Shown: positions 25,125-37,960 of the stretch, piece after piece | Numbering within the stretch: the stretch's first letter is position 1 | Layout of the letters: each line of letters opens with the position of its first letter | DNA from: Ginglymostoma cirratum | Lineage: Eukaryota | Length of the DNA stretch: 64,000 bases | Assembly (NCBI GenBank): GCA_024137785.1 | Contig: JAHRHZ010000088.1 | Span: 9,382,064 to 9,446,063 of the forward strand | Direction of reading: 5' to 3' | Notes under the pieces: generated by a model | Database searches by the model: none | What the model saw: the letters and a program-made list of their open reading frames with translations, nothing else | What the model was told of the DNA's origin: nothing | Translations under genes and position numbers: made by a program

Positions 25125-26360
25125 AAAATTCTCCTGTGGGATATTGGCATCAGTGGTTGGCGAGCACATATTGCCTGTCCCATCCCTTGCGACTCTTGAG
25201 AAGGTGGTAGTGAGCTGCCATCTTGAACCACTGCAGTCCCTGTGGCGTAGGTTGAATCGCAATCCCCTTAGGGAGGGTATTCCAGGAATTTGACCCATCA
25301 ACAGTGAAGAAATGACAATATATTTCCAAGTCAGGATGATGAGTGTCTTTGAGGGGAATTTGCGGCTGGTGGTGTTCCCATGTATCTGCTGCCATTGTCC
25401 TTCTAGATGGAAGTGGTTATGGGTTCGGAATATTCTGTCTTCTTTTGAAGTGTTGTTGGAGCTGCATTTATCCAGGCAAGTAGGGAGTATTCCATCATAC
25501 TTCCTGCTTGTGCCTTGTAGATGGTGGACAGTCTTTGGGGAGTCAGTAGGTGAGTTACTCGCCACAGTATCCTAACCTCTGACCTGCTCTCATAGTTAAT
25601 ATTTGTATGGCTATTTGAGTTTCTGGTCAATGGTAAGCCCCAGGATGTTAGTAATGGAGGATTCAGTGATGATAGCGCTATTGAATGTCAAAGGCAATTG
25701 TTAAATTGTCTCTTTTTTGAGATGGTCACTGCCTGGCATTTGTATGGCACAAATGTTACTTGCCACTTCTCAGCCCAAGCCTGGATTTTGTCTAGGTCTT
25801 ATTGCCTTTGACCATAGATAGCTTCAGTATCTGAGGAGTTGTGAATGGTGCTGAACATTATGCAATCATTGGTAAACATCCCCACTTCTGACATTATGAT
25901 GGAGGGAAGGTCGTTGAAGCAACTAAAGATGGTTGGATCTAAGATACTACCCTGAGGAACACCTGAAGCTGAGATGACTGAACTGCATCAACCACAACCA
26001 TCTTCCTGTGTGCCGGGTGTGACTTCAACCAAAACTGGTTGAAGAGTTTGCCCCGATTCTCATTGACTCCATAGTTTCTAGGGCTCCTTGATGTCACACT
26101 CGGTCAAATGTGGCCTTGATGTCAAGGGTGTCACTCTCACCTCGCCTTTGGAATTCAGCTCATTTTACTATGTTTGAACCAAGCTTGTGATGAAGTTAGG
26201 AGCTGAGTGGCCCAGGCAGATCCCAAATTGGGCATCAGTGAGCAGGCTGGTGCTAAACTAGTACCGCTTGCTAGCACTTTTGATGACTCATTCTATCACT
26301 TTACTGATGATTGACAGCAGACTGATGGGGCGGTAATTGGCTGGCTTGGATTTGTTGTTT
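25125..26360 (-). mobile_element. CR1-clade LINE, second family (same as 36000-37360 and 61300-62975)
   Basis: HLLTPQRLSTIYKAQAGSMMEYSLLAWINAAPTTL; 3' tail AGCTCACTACCACCTTCTCAAG...GGCAATATGTGCT. Confidence 0.85.
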
Positions 26361-27647
26361 AAATATCAGTTAAAGAGTGCTGCTTATTGTACAGGATTAA
26401 GGCCACACTGAAACTGAGATCCTTTACTCTTCCCTTTCTCCTCCTCCACGTATTTAACTCTGACTCTCTGAAGTTGTCTGAACCACTTGAACAAAACCAC
26501 TTTTGTATCATGAGTATATTGCATTTTAACATGAAAAGTTAGAGAGCAATATATTTTCTAAGGACTCTGCATCTCAGTTTGACATCTTTTTGATTTTATG
26601 TATTTTTAAATCAAATTGTGTATCCACATTCACTGGACTGTGCATTGTGAGATGATGGTGCCAAAGTGTTTTCTTGGACACCTTTATTCACTTCAGTTGA
26701 AATACACAGTGTGTTTCAGATAATTTGTAGAAACAAAGGTTCGTATCATTTCGGGAAATTGTCACTGCCATACTTGAGAAGTTAAACTCAGGTTCTTTTC
26801 TGAGTCGGTTCTATGGTAATGTTGGTGAGACTACTCAGACACGGTTCTTATTCCTTGATGGTGCCATGCTTGCTTCTGCTATGTGGGTGCTTTTTAATCT
26901 TTAAGTAATTTTCTTCCTAAAGTAATTTCCTTAAGAGGTGGGGATTTCCAGTCAAATCATCAAGGTGAAAATGTATTAAGCTTCAAAATGCATTAATTCC
27001 ATTTATACTTTGGTTCTGAGGAACTCTGGATATAACAAGCAGAAGTGCTGTTGCTTCCAGGAATTATTTTAGAGGATCTCCATTTTGATCTAATGTTTCT
27101 CTGATTTTCTGACTATGGGCAGAATCCTGTTGAGGCAGACAGTGTCTCGCCAGTTGCATTGAGAGTTGGTGACAAATCCGTGCTGCCTTTTTATTGGGAA
27201 GGGGTGCTGAATCTAATGCTAATCAGGCATTGCAGAGTCTGCCAATGGGCCTTCATCTGGAAATAAGATCCCACAAGTGAAGGTTTTGGCCAGTGAGAGC
27301 TGCCAACCAGTTGAAGGAAGCCACAGCTACTGAAGAAGAGCACCCAGGATTGCAAAGGAGTGAGGAGTAAGGGGTGCGTTCTGGGGTTAGGTGTCACATG
27401 GAGATGTGGAGACAGTGTTTGGCTGCCAGTAGACACCCTCCTCCCCTGGGAGTTACTCCCTTGATCAGGTATAGACTGTCTTTGATCAAACCAATCCCAA
27501 CTCCTGAAGGTGACAAGGTACCTGCATAGCTTGATCTGTTGGTCATGCTGCCTGCAGCTGGGTTAATCCCAGAGGTGGTGGGCAGAGACTTTCAGTTGGC
27601 TGCGAGGGACTTAACTAATAATGGGGCAGGAAGGTGGACCATAACTT

Positions 27648-27990
27648 CATAGAATACCTACAGTGCAGCACGAGGCCATTCGGCCCATTAAGTCTGCACT
27701 CACCCTCCGAAGACCAACCGACCCAAACTGACCCTCTCCCCTTAGCCCCGCATTTCCTGTGACTAATCCACCTAGCCTACACATCCCTGGACATTATGAG
27801 CAATTTCCCATGGCCAATCCACCTAACCTGCACAATGTTGGACTGTGGGACAAAACCGGAGCATCTGGAGGAAACTGACACAGAAACAGGGAGAATGTGC
27901 AGACTCCACACAGACAGTTGACCAAGCCTGGGGTCGAACTTGGGTCACTTGGTGCAGTGAGGCAGCAGTGCTAGCCACTAAGGCACCTTG
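27648..27990 (-). mobile_element. HE1-type V-SINE, more diverged copy
   Basis: B box AGTTCGACCCC and V-domain TGTGTGGAGTCTGCACATTCTCC on the minus strand. Confidence 0.85.
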
Positions 27991-29409
27991 CCACTCATGG
28001 GTCTTCATTCCTCAGATCTCATTCCAGCGGAGGCATGAAGACAATGGTACTGTTCGGGCATGACACAAGCCTCGGCTAATTAAGTGCCCTTTCTGCGTCC
28101 AAGCTCGGCATCTTCAGGAGCTGAAGTTTCAATCCAATGAGTCTATGGAAGAAGTGAAGCAGTTATGAAAACATGTTCATATCCTTACTTGGAATAAGCG
28201 GGAGACTAGAATTTAACAGATTCAAAATAAACTTCATGTGCAATTGATTTGATCATTTTAGGAAACCGTTTTAGGCCCACAATTTGGGACATATGCTATT
28301 TTTTTCCAAAAGAAACCTAATGTTTGTTGATTAAAAACATTGTACGGTAGTTTGTCACTAAAATTAACATTAGTTCAACAGAAGATATGTGGAGGTATGC
28401 AATTAAATCACTGAATTGCCCTGTTTAAACATGTAGCATTTTCTACTTAAAGCAAGAGGTCACACAGAAATCATTATAATTCAGATTTACTTTTTCATAA
28501 TTTATTGGCTGGATTTTATCAAATGTGATTTATTGAGAAGTCATTACTAATACGTGTGAACTAAATCAGAAAAGTTGCATTTTTGCTTTTTCTCTATGCA
28601 CTAAAATTCTCAAATTTACCAATTAAAATTAGCTTATTCCTCATAGGTTATTATTACTCTTATAACTGCTGTGTGTGGTGGTCTGTGAAAACAAAACGCT
28701 AGCTGACTACCATTTGTGTCATTTTAATTATGTGAATAGCTCAAACCTGTAATCAAATCGGGGCATCAAGTAACAGAAACAATTCTGTATCTTTGAACAA
28801 GCTACTATAAATAGTTAACATAAATGTCTTTATGCTCTACAGTGTTTAACTGCCCCATGTATATCATTTAATTTACACCAGTAGCACCTAATCTACCCCC
28901 ATCTTCTTGGCAACTCCTTGTTTATCATAAAAATCCCCATTGCCGTAGTATAAGTCAAACATTAGATACATTTTTACAGCCCCAACGAAGAAGGAATTTT
29001 CATCAGTTCCAAATTTAATTTAGTGATTCACTAACATGTTAAGTTAGATATAGATGTCTACTGTATGGTACCTAATTGATCAAATAACTTTTTTAAATGC
29101 CTGGTGCTGTTTTATGACACCCAAATTACAGAATAGTGTGATGCGGGTTTTAATCTATTATTTCTTCACTCAACATGTTTCCAATGTTAACAAGCTGCTG
29201 GGAGAGTTAAGCAGCACAGTTGATGTTGCTAAGAAGGGTACACATTCACTGTCAATTGGTGTGTATATCCAGTGCATTTGCAGAACTTTGCAAGCAGGTT
29301 TCCTGATTGACCCTCTTTGAATGAAGGATCTTCCAAGAATGGAACAGGATGGTACATTGACCTACCTGATTTTGGTGTAGGCCATCAAAGGAGGCGACTG
29401 AAAGTGTGG

Positions 29410-32400
29410 CCTATAAGATAAGACCGTTCGGCCACCAAGCCTGCTCTGCCATTCGATCATGGCTGATACGTTTCTCAACCCCATTCCCCTGCCTTCTCTC
29501 TGTAACCTTTAATCCATGTGCTAATGGTGAACCTATCTATCTCTGTCTTAAATACACTTGGCCTCTGCAGCCTTCTGTGGCAATGACTTCCACAGATTCA
29601 CAACCCTATGGGTGAAGAAATTCTTCCTCCTCACATCAGGTCTAAAGGGTTGTCTCTTCACTCTGAGGCTGTGCCCTTGGGTCCTGGTCTGTCTTAGTGG
29701 AAACATCTTCCTTCTAAGCTCCATTAAGTACAGACCCAGATTCTTCAACTGCGCCTCATATGACAAGCCTTTCATCCCTAGGATCATTCCAATAAAGTTA
29801 CTCTTGACCCTCTTCAAGGTCAACACATCTTTCATTAGATTGGGGCCCAAAACTAACTACAATATTCCAGATGAACTCTGACCCGAGCCTTGTACAGTCT
29901 CAGCAGTACACGTCTGCTGTTGTATTCTAGCCTTCTTGAAATTAATGCTAATGTTACATTTGCCTTTCTAACTGCCAACTGTACTTGCATGTTAACCATG
30001 GGAGAATCCTGAACTAGGACTCCCACGTTCCTTTGAGATTCAGATTTACAAAGCCTTTCCCCATTTCAAAAATAGTATAGGGTTCTATTCTTCCTACCAA
30101 CGTGCATAACCTCACACTTTCCCATATTGTATTCATCTACCACTTCATTGCCCACTCTTCTAGCCTGTCCAAGTCCTTCTGCAGCCTCCCTGTCTTCTCA
30201 ACACTACCCAACCCTCCACTTATCTTTGTGTCATCTGCGAACTTAGCAACAATGCCCTCAGTGTGTCCTCATCATTAATGTATAATGTGACTAGTTGTGG
30301 TCCCAACATGGACTCCTGTGAACTCCACTAGTGACCATCCTAAAAAAGACCCAATTATCTACCAGTTAGCCAATCCTCTATCTATGCCAGTATCTTGTCC
30401 CAAACACCATGGCTGTTATTTTGTTTAGCAGCCTCCTGTCTGGCACCTTTTCAAAAGAAGTCCAAATAGATGACACCCACTAGCTCTACTTTGCTTAGCT
30501 TGCTCATTACCCCCACAAAGCATTCTAACAGATTTGTCAGGCATGACATCTCCTCGATAAAGCCATGTTGACTCAGACCTGTTTTACCATGCACTTCCAA
30601 GTACTCCGCAAGCTTATTCTTAATAATGGACTGAAAATCTTGTTTGTCATTTTCCACTCCTCTGGGATCCTCCCTCACTCCAGTGATTTCTGTAATATCA
30701 CCACCAATGCCTGCCCAATCTCACTAGTTATCTCCTTCAGATCCCTGAGGTGTACTCCATGTGGTCCAAGTGATTTATCCACCTCGAGACTTTTCAGCTT
30801 CCCCAACACCTTCTCCTAAGCGATGGTCACCATGCTCAGCTCCGCTCTCTGACTCTCTTGAAGTTCTGATCTGCTACTGGTGTTTTCCACTATAAAAACT
30901 TATTCAACTAACTATTCAATTCCTCTGCCATTTTTTTTGTTCCATGTTATTACTTCTGCAGCCTCAATTTCCAGCAATCCAATGTTCACTCTTGCCTCTC
31001 TCTTTAGATATCTTAAATAAAACTCTTGCACTCTTCTTGAGTATTACTAGCTAGCTTACCCTCATATTTCATCTTCTCCCTCCTTACTGCTTTTTTTTTC
31101 GTTATTCTCTGCTGGTTTATAAAGGCTTCCCAATCTTCAGGCTTCACACTAATCTTCACCATATTGTATGCCTCTGTTTTGCTTTTATGCTGTCCCTGAC
31201 TTCCCTTGTCAGCCAAGGTTGCGTTGTCCTCCCCTTAGTATGTTTCTTCTGCCTTGGGGTGAATTTCTATTGTACTTCGTGAATTATCCCAGAAACTGGT
31301 ACCATTCCAATCAGTTCTGGCCAGCTCCTCCCTCATGTCTTTGTAGTTGACTTTTTGTTATGTAATACAATTACATCCAATTCAAGCTTCTCTCTCTCAA
31401 ACTGCAGGGTGAAATCTGTCATATTATGGTCACTGGCTCTCGGGGTGCCTTCACCTTAAGCTCATCAAGTCTGCCTCATTACACATCAACAAATCAGAAT
31501 CACCACATCCCTAGTGGGCTCTACCACCAGCTGCTCCAAACAAAACCGTCTTGTAGACATTCCACAAATTCATTTTCTAGGCTACCAACCTGATTTTCCC
31601 AGTTCCCCTGCATAGTGAGATTCTCCACAGTTGTTGTAATAGTGTCTTTCTTGCATGCTTCTTCTGCTTCACATCCTGACTACCGCTAGGAGGCCTACAT
31701 AACTCACATCAGGGTCTTTCTTCATTTGCAGTTCCTCAACTCTACCCATACAGATTCTATGCTTTCCAACCCTAAATCATTTCTTGCCAGTGATTTAACT
31801 TCATTTCTTACTAACAAGGCAATCCCGCTCCCTCTGCCCATCTGCGTGTCCTTTCGATAGGACGTGTCCATGGATATTTAGTTCCCAGCCCTGAACCCTT
31901 TGCAGCTACATCTCTGTGATACCCGCAACATGGTACCCAGCAATTTCAATGCAACAAGCTCCATTTATCTTGTTTCATATACTGCATACATATAAATACC
32001 ACACCCTCAGTCTTCCATTGACCAACCCCTTTCTCATAGTTTCCCTCTTTCTGCTGCGCCTGAAGTTAAATTCCTAACCCTTTCCATGCTCTCTGTCATA
32101 TTACATGTTCAGGAAACTTTAATAACTTCTCCTGAGCCTTCCAACCTTTAACTAGTTTAAAGTCCTTGTAACCTTGATTTACCTCAAATTGCACCATCAG
32201 TTCATCTATCTTATTCTGAATCCTTCATGCATTAAGATACAAAGCCTTTAAGTTTATTCTATTATCAAGTCTCCTTACACGTTTTTATGGTTCCTTCATA
32301 CAATATGACATTCTCATATTCTATCCCTTCCTTTTATTTTGTAGAAGCAATCAACCCCATCACTAATCAGTTATCCTACTTTCGCCTTTATCTTTGATTT

Positions 32401-33660
32401 CATTAGTTTCCACGCAATTGAATCCACTCCCCACCCCCAACAATTTAGTTTAAAACTCTATCTGCAACCCTAGTTGTGCAATTCACCAGGACTCTGGTCC
32501 CAGCATTATTCAGCTGAAACCCGTCTTATCAGAACAGCTCCCTCCTTCCCCAGCACTGGTGGCAGCATCCCATGCATTCAAACACATTTCTCCCACACCA
32601 GTCTTTCAGCCAGGTGTTTATCTCTTTAATCTTGTTGACTCTGTGCATATTAGCTTGTGGCTGAGGTAGTAATCTGGAAATTATTGCCTGTTTTTGGTTT
32701 TGCTTTTAAATTTAGCTCTTAGCTACTCACATTCCCCCAGCAGAGCATCTTTCCTCTTTCTGCCTATATTGTTTGTGGACCGCAACAACTGGAGCTTTTC
32801 TCTCCCGGTCCAAGTTCTTCTGCAGCCCAGAGGAGATATCCTGAACCCAGGCACCAGGCAGGCAACACAACCTTCAGGACTCTCAATCCTGGCCATAGAG
32901 AACAGTGTCTATTCCCCTGACAATACTATCCCCGATTACAACTGCGTTTCTTTTTGCTTGCCCTCTTGAATGGCTCCTTGTACCACAGAGCTATGGTGAG
33001 TTTGCTTATCCTCATTATAGCCCCTCCCTCTCATCCACACAGGGAGCAAGAATCTCAAACCTGTTAGGAAAGCTGCAGGACTGAGGCTCCTTCTGCACGA
33101 CCTCCTGGATCCCTCCATCTGACTCGCTCATTGTCACACCCTCCTGTCCCTGGCCACTCACCAAATCTGAGGTAGTTAATGTAAAGCGTGTAATAAAAAC
33201 AGAAGTTGCTGGAAAAGCTCAGCAGGTCTGGCAGCATCTGTGAAGGATAAATCAGAGTTAACATTTCAGGTCCGGTGACTCTTCCTCAGAGAGGCATTTT
33301 TTTTCCTTCGCAGACGCTGCCAGACCTGCTGAGACCCAAGGGCACACCCTCAGAGTGAAGAGACAACCCTTTAGACCTGATGTGAGGAGGAAGAATTTCT
33401 TCACCCATAGGGTTGTGAATCTGTGGAAGTCATTGCCACAGAAGGCTGCTGAGCTTTTCCAGCAACTTCTGTTCTTGTTCCTGATTTACAGCATCCGCGA
33501 TTCTTTTGGTTTTTATTTAACATAAAGGGTGTGACTGCCTCCTGAAACACAGCATCCAGGAGACTTTTCCACCTCTCTGATGTTTCGCAGTGTTCGAAAC
33601 TCAGGCTCCAGCTCATCATCTCTGAGCCAAATTTCCTCAAGCAACCAACACTTGCTACGG
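29410..33660 (-). mobile_element. Near full-length degenerate CR1 (ORF1 esterase, ORF2 endonuclease and RT, 3' tail)
   Basis: ORF1 GDSIVRGID..CCLPGA.VQDI at ~32820-32935; ORF2 SQHGFIEEMSCLTNLLECF (30451-30678); RKNFFTHRVVNLWKSLP near the 3' end. Confidence 0.9.
33192..33522. mobile_element. Palindromic Penelope-type element (second subfamily) with a degenerate hammerhead on the minus strand and a 117-bp templated insert
   Basis: Inverted arms ACAGAAGTTGCTGGAAAAGCTCAGCAG / CTGCTGAGCTTTTCCAGCAACTTCTGT; minus strand CTGAGGAAGAGTCACCGGACCTGAAATGTTA; imperfect TSD TAAAGCGTGT / TAAAGGGTGT. Confidence 0.8.
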
Positions 33661-34211
33661 AGATAAAAGGTACTGCAGATGCTGGAGAATCCGAGATAAC
33701 AAGCATGGGGCTGGATGAACACAGCAGGTCAAGCAGCATCATAGGAGCAGGAAAACTTGACGTTTCNNNNNNNNNNNNNNNNNNNNNNNNNNNNNNNNNN
33801 NNNNNNNNNNNNNNNNNNNNNNNNNNNNNNNNNNNNNNNNNNNNNNNNNNNNNNNNNNNNNNNNNNNNNNNNNNNNNNNNNNNNNNNNNNNNNNNNNNNN
33901 NNNNNNNNNNNNNNNNNNNNNNNNNNNNNNNNNNNNNNNNNNNNNNNNNNNNNNNNNNNNNNNNNNNNNNNNNNNNNNNNNNNNNNNNNNNNNNNNNNNN
34001 NNNNNNNNNNNNNNNNNNNNNNNNNNNNNNNNNNNNNNNNNNNNNNNNNNNNNNNNNNNNNNNNNNNNNNNNNNNNNNNNNNNNNNNNNNNNNNNNNNNN
34101 NNNNNNNNNNNNNNNNNNNNNNNNNNNNNNNNNNNNNNNNNNNNNNNNNNNNNNNNNNNNNNNNNNATGATGCTGCTTGACCTGCTGTGTTCATCCAGCC
34201 CCATGCTTGTT
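33661..34211. mobile_element. Palindromic Penelope-type element spanning the gap; 14-bp TSD AACACTTGCTACGG (33647-33660 / 34212-34225)
   Basis: 33697-33742 and 34167-34212 are inverted copies of each other on either side of the N run. Confidence 0.8.
33767..34166. other. Assembly gap (400 N)
   Basis: Run of N. Confidence 1.
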
Positions 34212-35999
34212 AACACTTGCTACGGGTTGCCCTGATGTTGTGTGGCTTTGAACAACTGTGAGAAGTTATTATGTGCCTGGACTCTCGCTTTAGAAATGAC
34301 CTTTATCAGAAATCAGACAATTTAACTGGAAAAGATCTATTTTCAAGCAATGAATTGGCTGACAGGGATGTGATAGTATCAGCTGTATAAAAATGGCCTG
34401 GTAAGACTCGCAATTATATCTAACTATTACAAAGAAAATCCTGCTGTTAATATTTGCCAACAAGATTAAGCTTTCTGCTATAAGAAATTTTCATTGGACC
34501 AATGCTCCAGAAGCAAGTTAGAAATGTTCATGTGAGAAAGATGTGTTACAATACTTCACGAACATTAGATTAAAATGTATATTTTAAAGTTATCTACTTT
34601 TGGGGATATGGTATGTAACAATTGTGTTACTGGATTAGTAATTCAGTAGGCTTGGCTACTGAGAATGTAAGTTTAAATCTAGGGAAAGTGCTTTAAGAAT
34701 TAGAATTCAGTTTTAAAAATAAATCTGGATGTGAAAGACTGACTTGACTACTGTCTACCAAATTGACCCTGAACTGAGCTTTGAACACTGAACACTGTGA
34801 CACATCAGGGAGCAGAAGAGTTACTTGGATATTACGTTTCAGGAGGCAGTTACACCCTTTTGATTAACCCCCTTAAATTCAGGCTCTTGCAAGAAATTAC
34901 CACAGTCCTACCAGACCACAGAGTTCATTAGCGAGAGACAAATGGCAATGGTTTAACCTGACGGTCACCATGCCTCAGATGAGAGGAGATGTTGAGAAGG
35001 CAGGATTTTTGTGGTAACCTCAACGGGTGTGGAGATTGAACCCACAGTGTTGGTGTTGCTCTGTGTCACCAACCAGCCATCCAGTCAACTGGGTGAATCC
35101 AAATGGTTCACTGGGTCATTTGCGCAGAGTCAGGAGAAATCCCAGTTTTGCAAACCCAGCATTAAAAATGGCTGCTTGTACTTCCCATTTTTGGTCCAGG
35201 ACAGGGTTCAGAGTTAGGATGGGCAACCACGAATTGTGGAGGAGGTTGCTGGTATTTGAGGTGGGCAAGGGGACACCAGCACTTTGCAGAAAGTTTAAAG
35301 GTTAAAACATAAAATATCTTTCCTGCTCTCACCCCCTCACTCTCAATATATCATCTATTCCAACTCATGCCATCTTATGCCCTATACTTACTCTCCAGCC
35401 CGCAATCCCTCCAAGCCAATCTATGCTCCTTTTCCCTACCCCCTATGGCCCCACCTGGGCCAATTTATACTCACCTGCTGCTCTATGTCCATTTACCCAT
35501 TTTGCATGGCCCCTCATGCTATCTATATTCCCATTCAACCCCCTGGCTGTTTATATACCCTATACAGCCACGCCCACTACCCTTTTCCTTTCCCTATCCA
35601 AGACAACTAATGCCCACCTTGGGCATACCTCAGGAGGCATGCAAACAGAAAATAAACATATGTGTCTATTGATACTATCACTATTAAAAAAGACACTTGC
35701 ATTGATACAAAAATGAATCAATACATTGAAATTCTTCCAAATTCTTCAAGCAAACCAACATTTCTTAAGTGCTTAATCCCTGATATAAACAAACATTTTC
35801 ATTCTATACACAGTTGGAAATGCCCATCGAAATGCTGACTTGATATACCTTTTGTGAAAATTGTAGTCCAAGAAATCAGTCATGCAGGACAAATTCTAAA
35901 ATGATTTTTGTCAACGGGAACTCTAAAGTACTGAGCACTTTTTTTTTACTCTATGCATTTGTTTGGACGGTTCCTTGACAGTTTTGGCAGTTCCTATAC

Positions 36000-37360
36000 A
36001 GCTTTTTTTCTGCAATCATCACCGTAATCATCAAAAAACTGATGGAAGGAGTTGTTGACAGTGCTATCAAGTCGTGTTTGCTCAACAATAACCTGCTCAC
36101 TGATGCCCAATTGGGGTTCTATTGGGGCCACTCAGCTCCTGACCTCATTACAGCCTTGGTCCAAACATGAGCAAAAGAGTTGAATTCCTGAGGTAAAGTA
36201 AGAGTGAATGGCATTGACAACAAAGCAGCACTTGATTGAGTGTGGCATCAAGGAGCAATAGCAGAATTGGAATCGGTGGAAATCACTCCACAGGTTGGAG
36301 TCATTCCTAGCACAAAGTAAGATTGTTGTGGTTGCTGGAGGTCGATCATCTCAGTCTCAGGACATCTCTGTAGGAGTTCCTCAGGGGAGTGTCCTAGTCC
36401 CAACCATTTTCAGCTGCTTCAGCATTGACCCTCCCTCCATCATAAGGTCACAAGTGGGGATGTTCACTGATGATTTGCACAATATTCAGCACCATTCATG
36501 ACTCCTCACATACTGAAGCAGTCCATGCCCAAATGCAGCAAGAGAGGACTACACCAGGCTTGAGCTAATAAGTGGCAAGTAACTTTTGCGTCACACAAGT
36601 GCCACACAGTCTCCAACAAGAAAGAATCTAACCGTTATCCCTTGATAGTCAATAATTTTTTTTTTCTTTATTCATTCACGGGATTTGGGCTTCGCAGGCT
36701 AGGCGGTGGGTCAGGCAATGGCCTAGTGGTATTATCGCTGGACTGCTAATCCAGAGACCTATCGAACATTCTGGGGATCTAGGTTCGAACCCTGCCATGG
36801 CAGATGGTGGAATTTGAATTCAGTAAATAATCTGGAATTGAGAATCTAATGATGACAGTGAATCCGTTGCCGATTGTCGGGAAAAACTCATCTGGTTCAC
36901 TAATGTCCTTTAGGGAAGGAAACTGCCATCCTTACCTGGTCTGGCCTACATGTGACTCCAGACCTATAGCAAGGTGGTTGACTCTTAACTGCCCTCTGGG
37001 CAATTAGGGATGGGCAATAAATGCTGCATAGTCAGTGAAGCCCAAAACCCATGAATGAATAAAGAAAAATAAATTACCATCATTGAATCCCCACTATCAA
37101 TATCTTGGGGTTACCATTGACAAGAAATTGACCTGGGCCAGCCATGTAAATACTGTGGCTACAAGAGCAGGTCAAAGGCTGGGAATTCTGCTGCAAGGAT
37201 CTCATCTTGATGTAATTCCTCATCTATATCACACAGCCATGAATGTAATGGAATATTCACCACTTTCCTGGATGAGTGTAGCTCCAACAACACTGCAAAA
37301 GTCTGATACTACCCAGGAGACTCCATTTGATTGGCACCCAATACACCATCTTCAATATTC
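36000..37360 (+). mobile_element. CR1-clade LINE RT fragment, interrupted by a SINE
   Basis: GVPQGSVLVPTIFSCFSID...GMFTDD (36295-36501); LGVTIDKKLTWASHVNTV...MEYSPLSW (37083 onward). Confidence 0.88.
36705..37072 (+). mobile_element. tRNA-derived SINE sharing its 3' tail with the host LINE family
   Basis: A box TGGCCTAGTGG, B box GGTTCGAACCC; tail GGGCAATTAGGGATGGGCAATAAATGCTG matches the LINE tail at 62910-62940. Confidence 0.85.
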
Positions 37361-37599
37361 AGCCGAACTTGGGTTTCGTGACTTCTTCCGGCATTTTCAC
37401 CAGGGTGGATCCGCTGTCTATCATGGTGAAAATCTTGGATTTAATTATCCTTTTGAAGTTGCCTTGTAAGCTATTCAGTTATTTCAAGTGACTAAAAAGA
37501 AGATTCAAATGATTCTGAAACCAACAGTGCGACCACCCTCACAGGGATTAGAGATGAGCAATAAATGGTAGACCTTGCAGAATATTCAAAATCAGGGAA

Positions 37600-37960
37600 T
37601 TACTTTACTGAGAGAAAAACACAGATAAAATATTTTACCTACCATCAAACATCTCAATATGTTTTACAGCCAATAAAATACTTTTTGTATTATCAAAATC
37701 ATTACAATATAGGATATATGGGAGTTGATATGCACTGCAAATTTCCATTAATAGCAATATGATAATGACCAGATAATCTGGTCTTCTGTGATGTTGATTG
37801 AGGGATAATTCTTACAAGGGACTCCTCCCCTGCTCTTAATCATTTACATCACCCAGGAAGTCAGATGGGGTCTCAGTTTAGTGTCTCACTAAGATAGTCG
37901 ATCTGATAGTGTGGCACTCCCTCAGCATTCCCCTCAGGAGCCTGCCTTGATTTTTGAGGG
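37600..37960 (-). mobile_element. Degenerate Deu-domain SINE (SacSINE1/AmnSINE1-like)
   Basis: Reverse-complement similarity to 58980-59375 (AAGAGCAGGGGAG..., TATCCCTCAATCAACATCAC). Confidence 0.6.

Noticed and set aside
34765-34862. Inverted similarity to CR1 ORF1 at ~33525-33620
   Set aside because: Too diverged to distinguish a local duplication from an independent old CR1 fragment.
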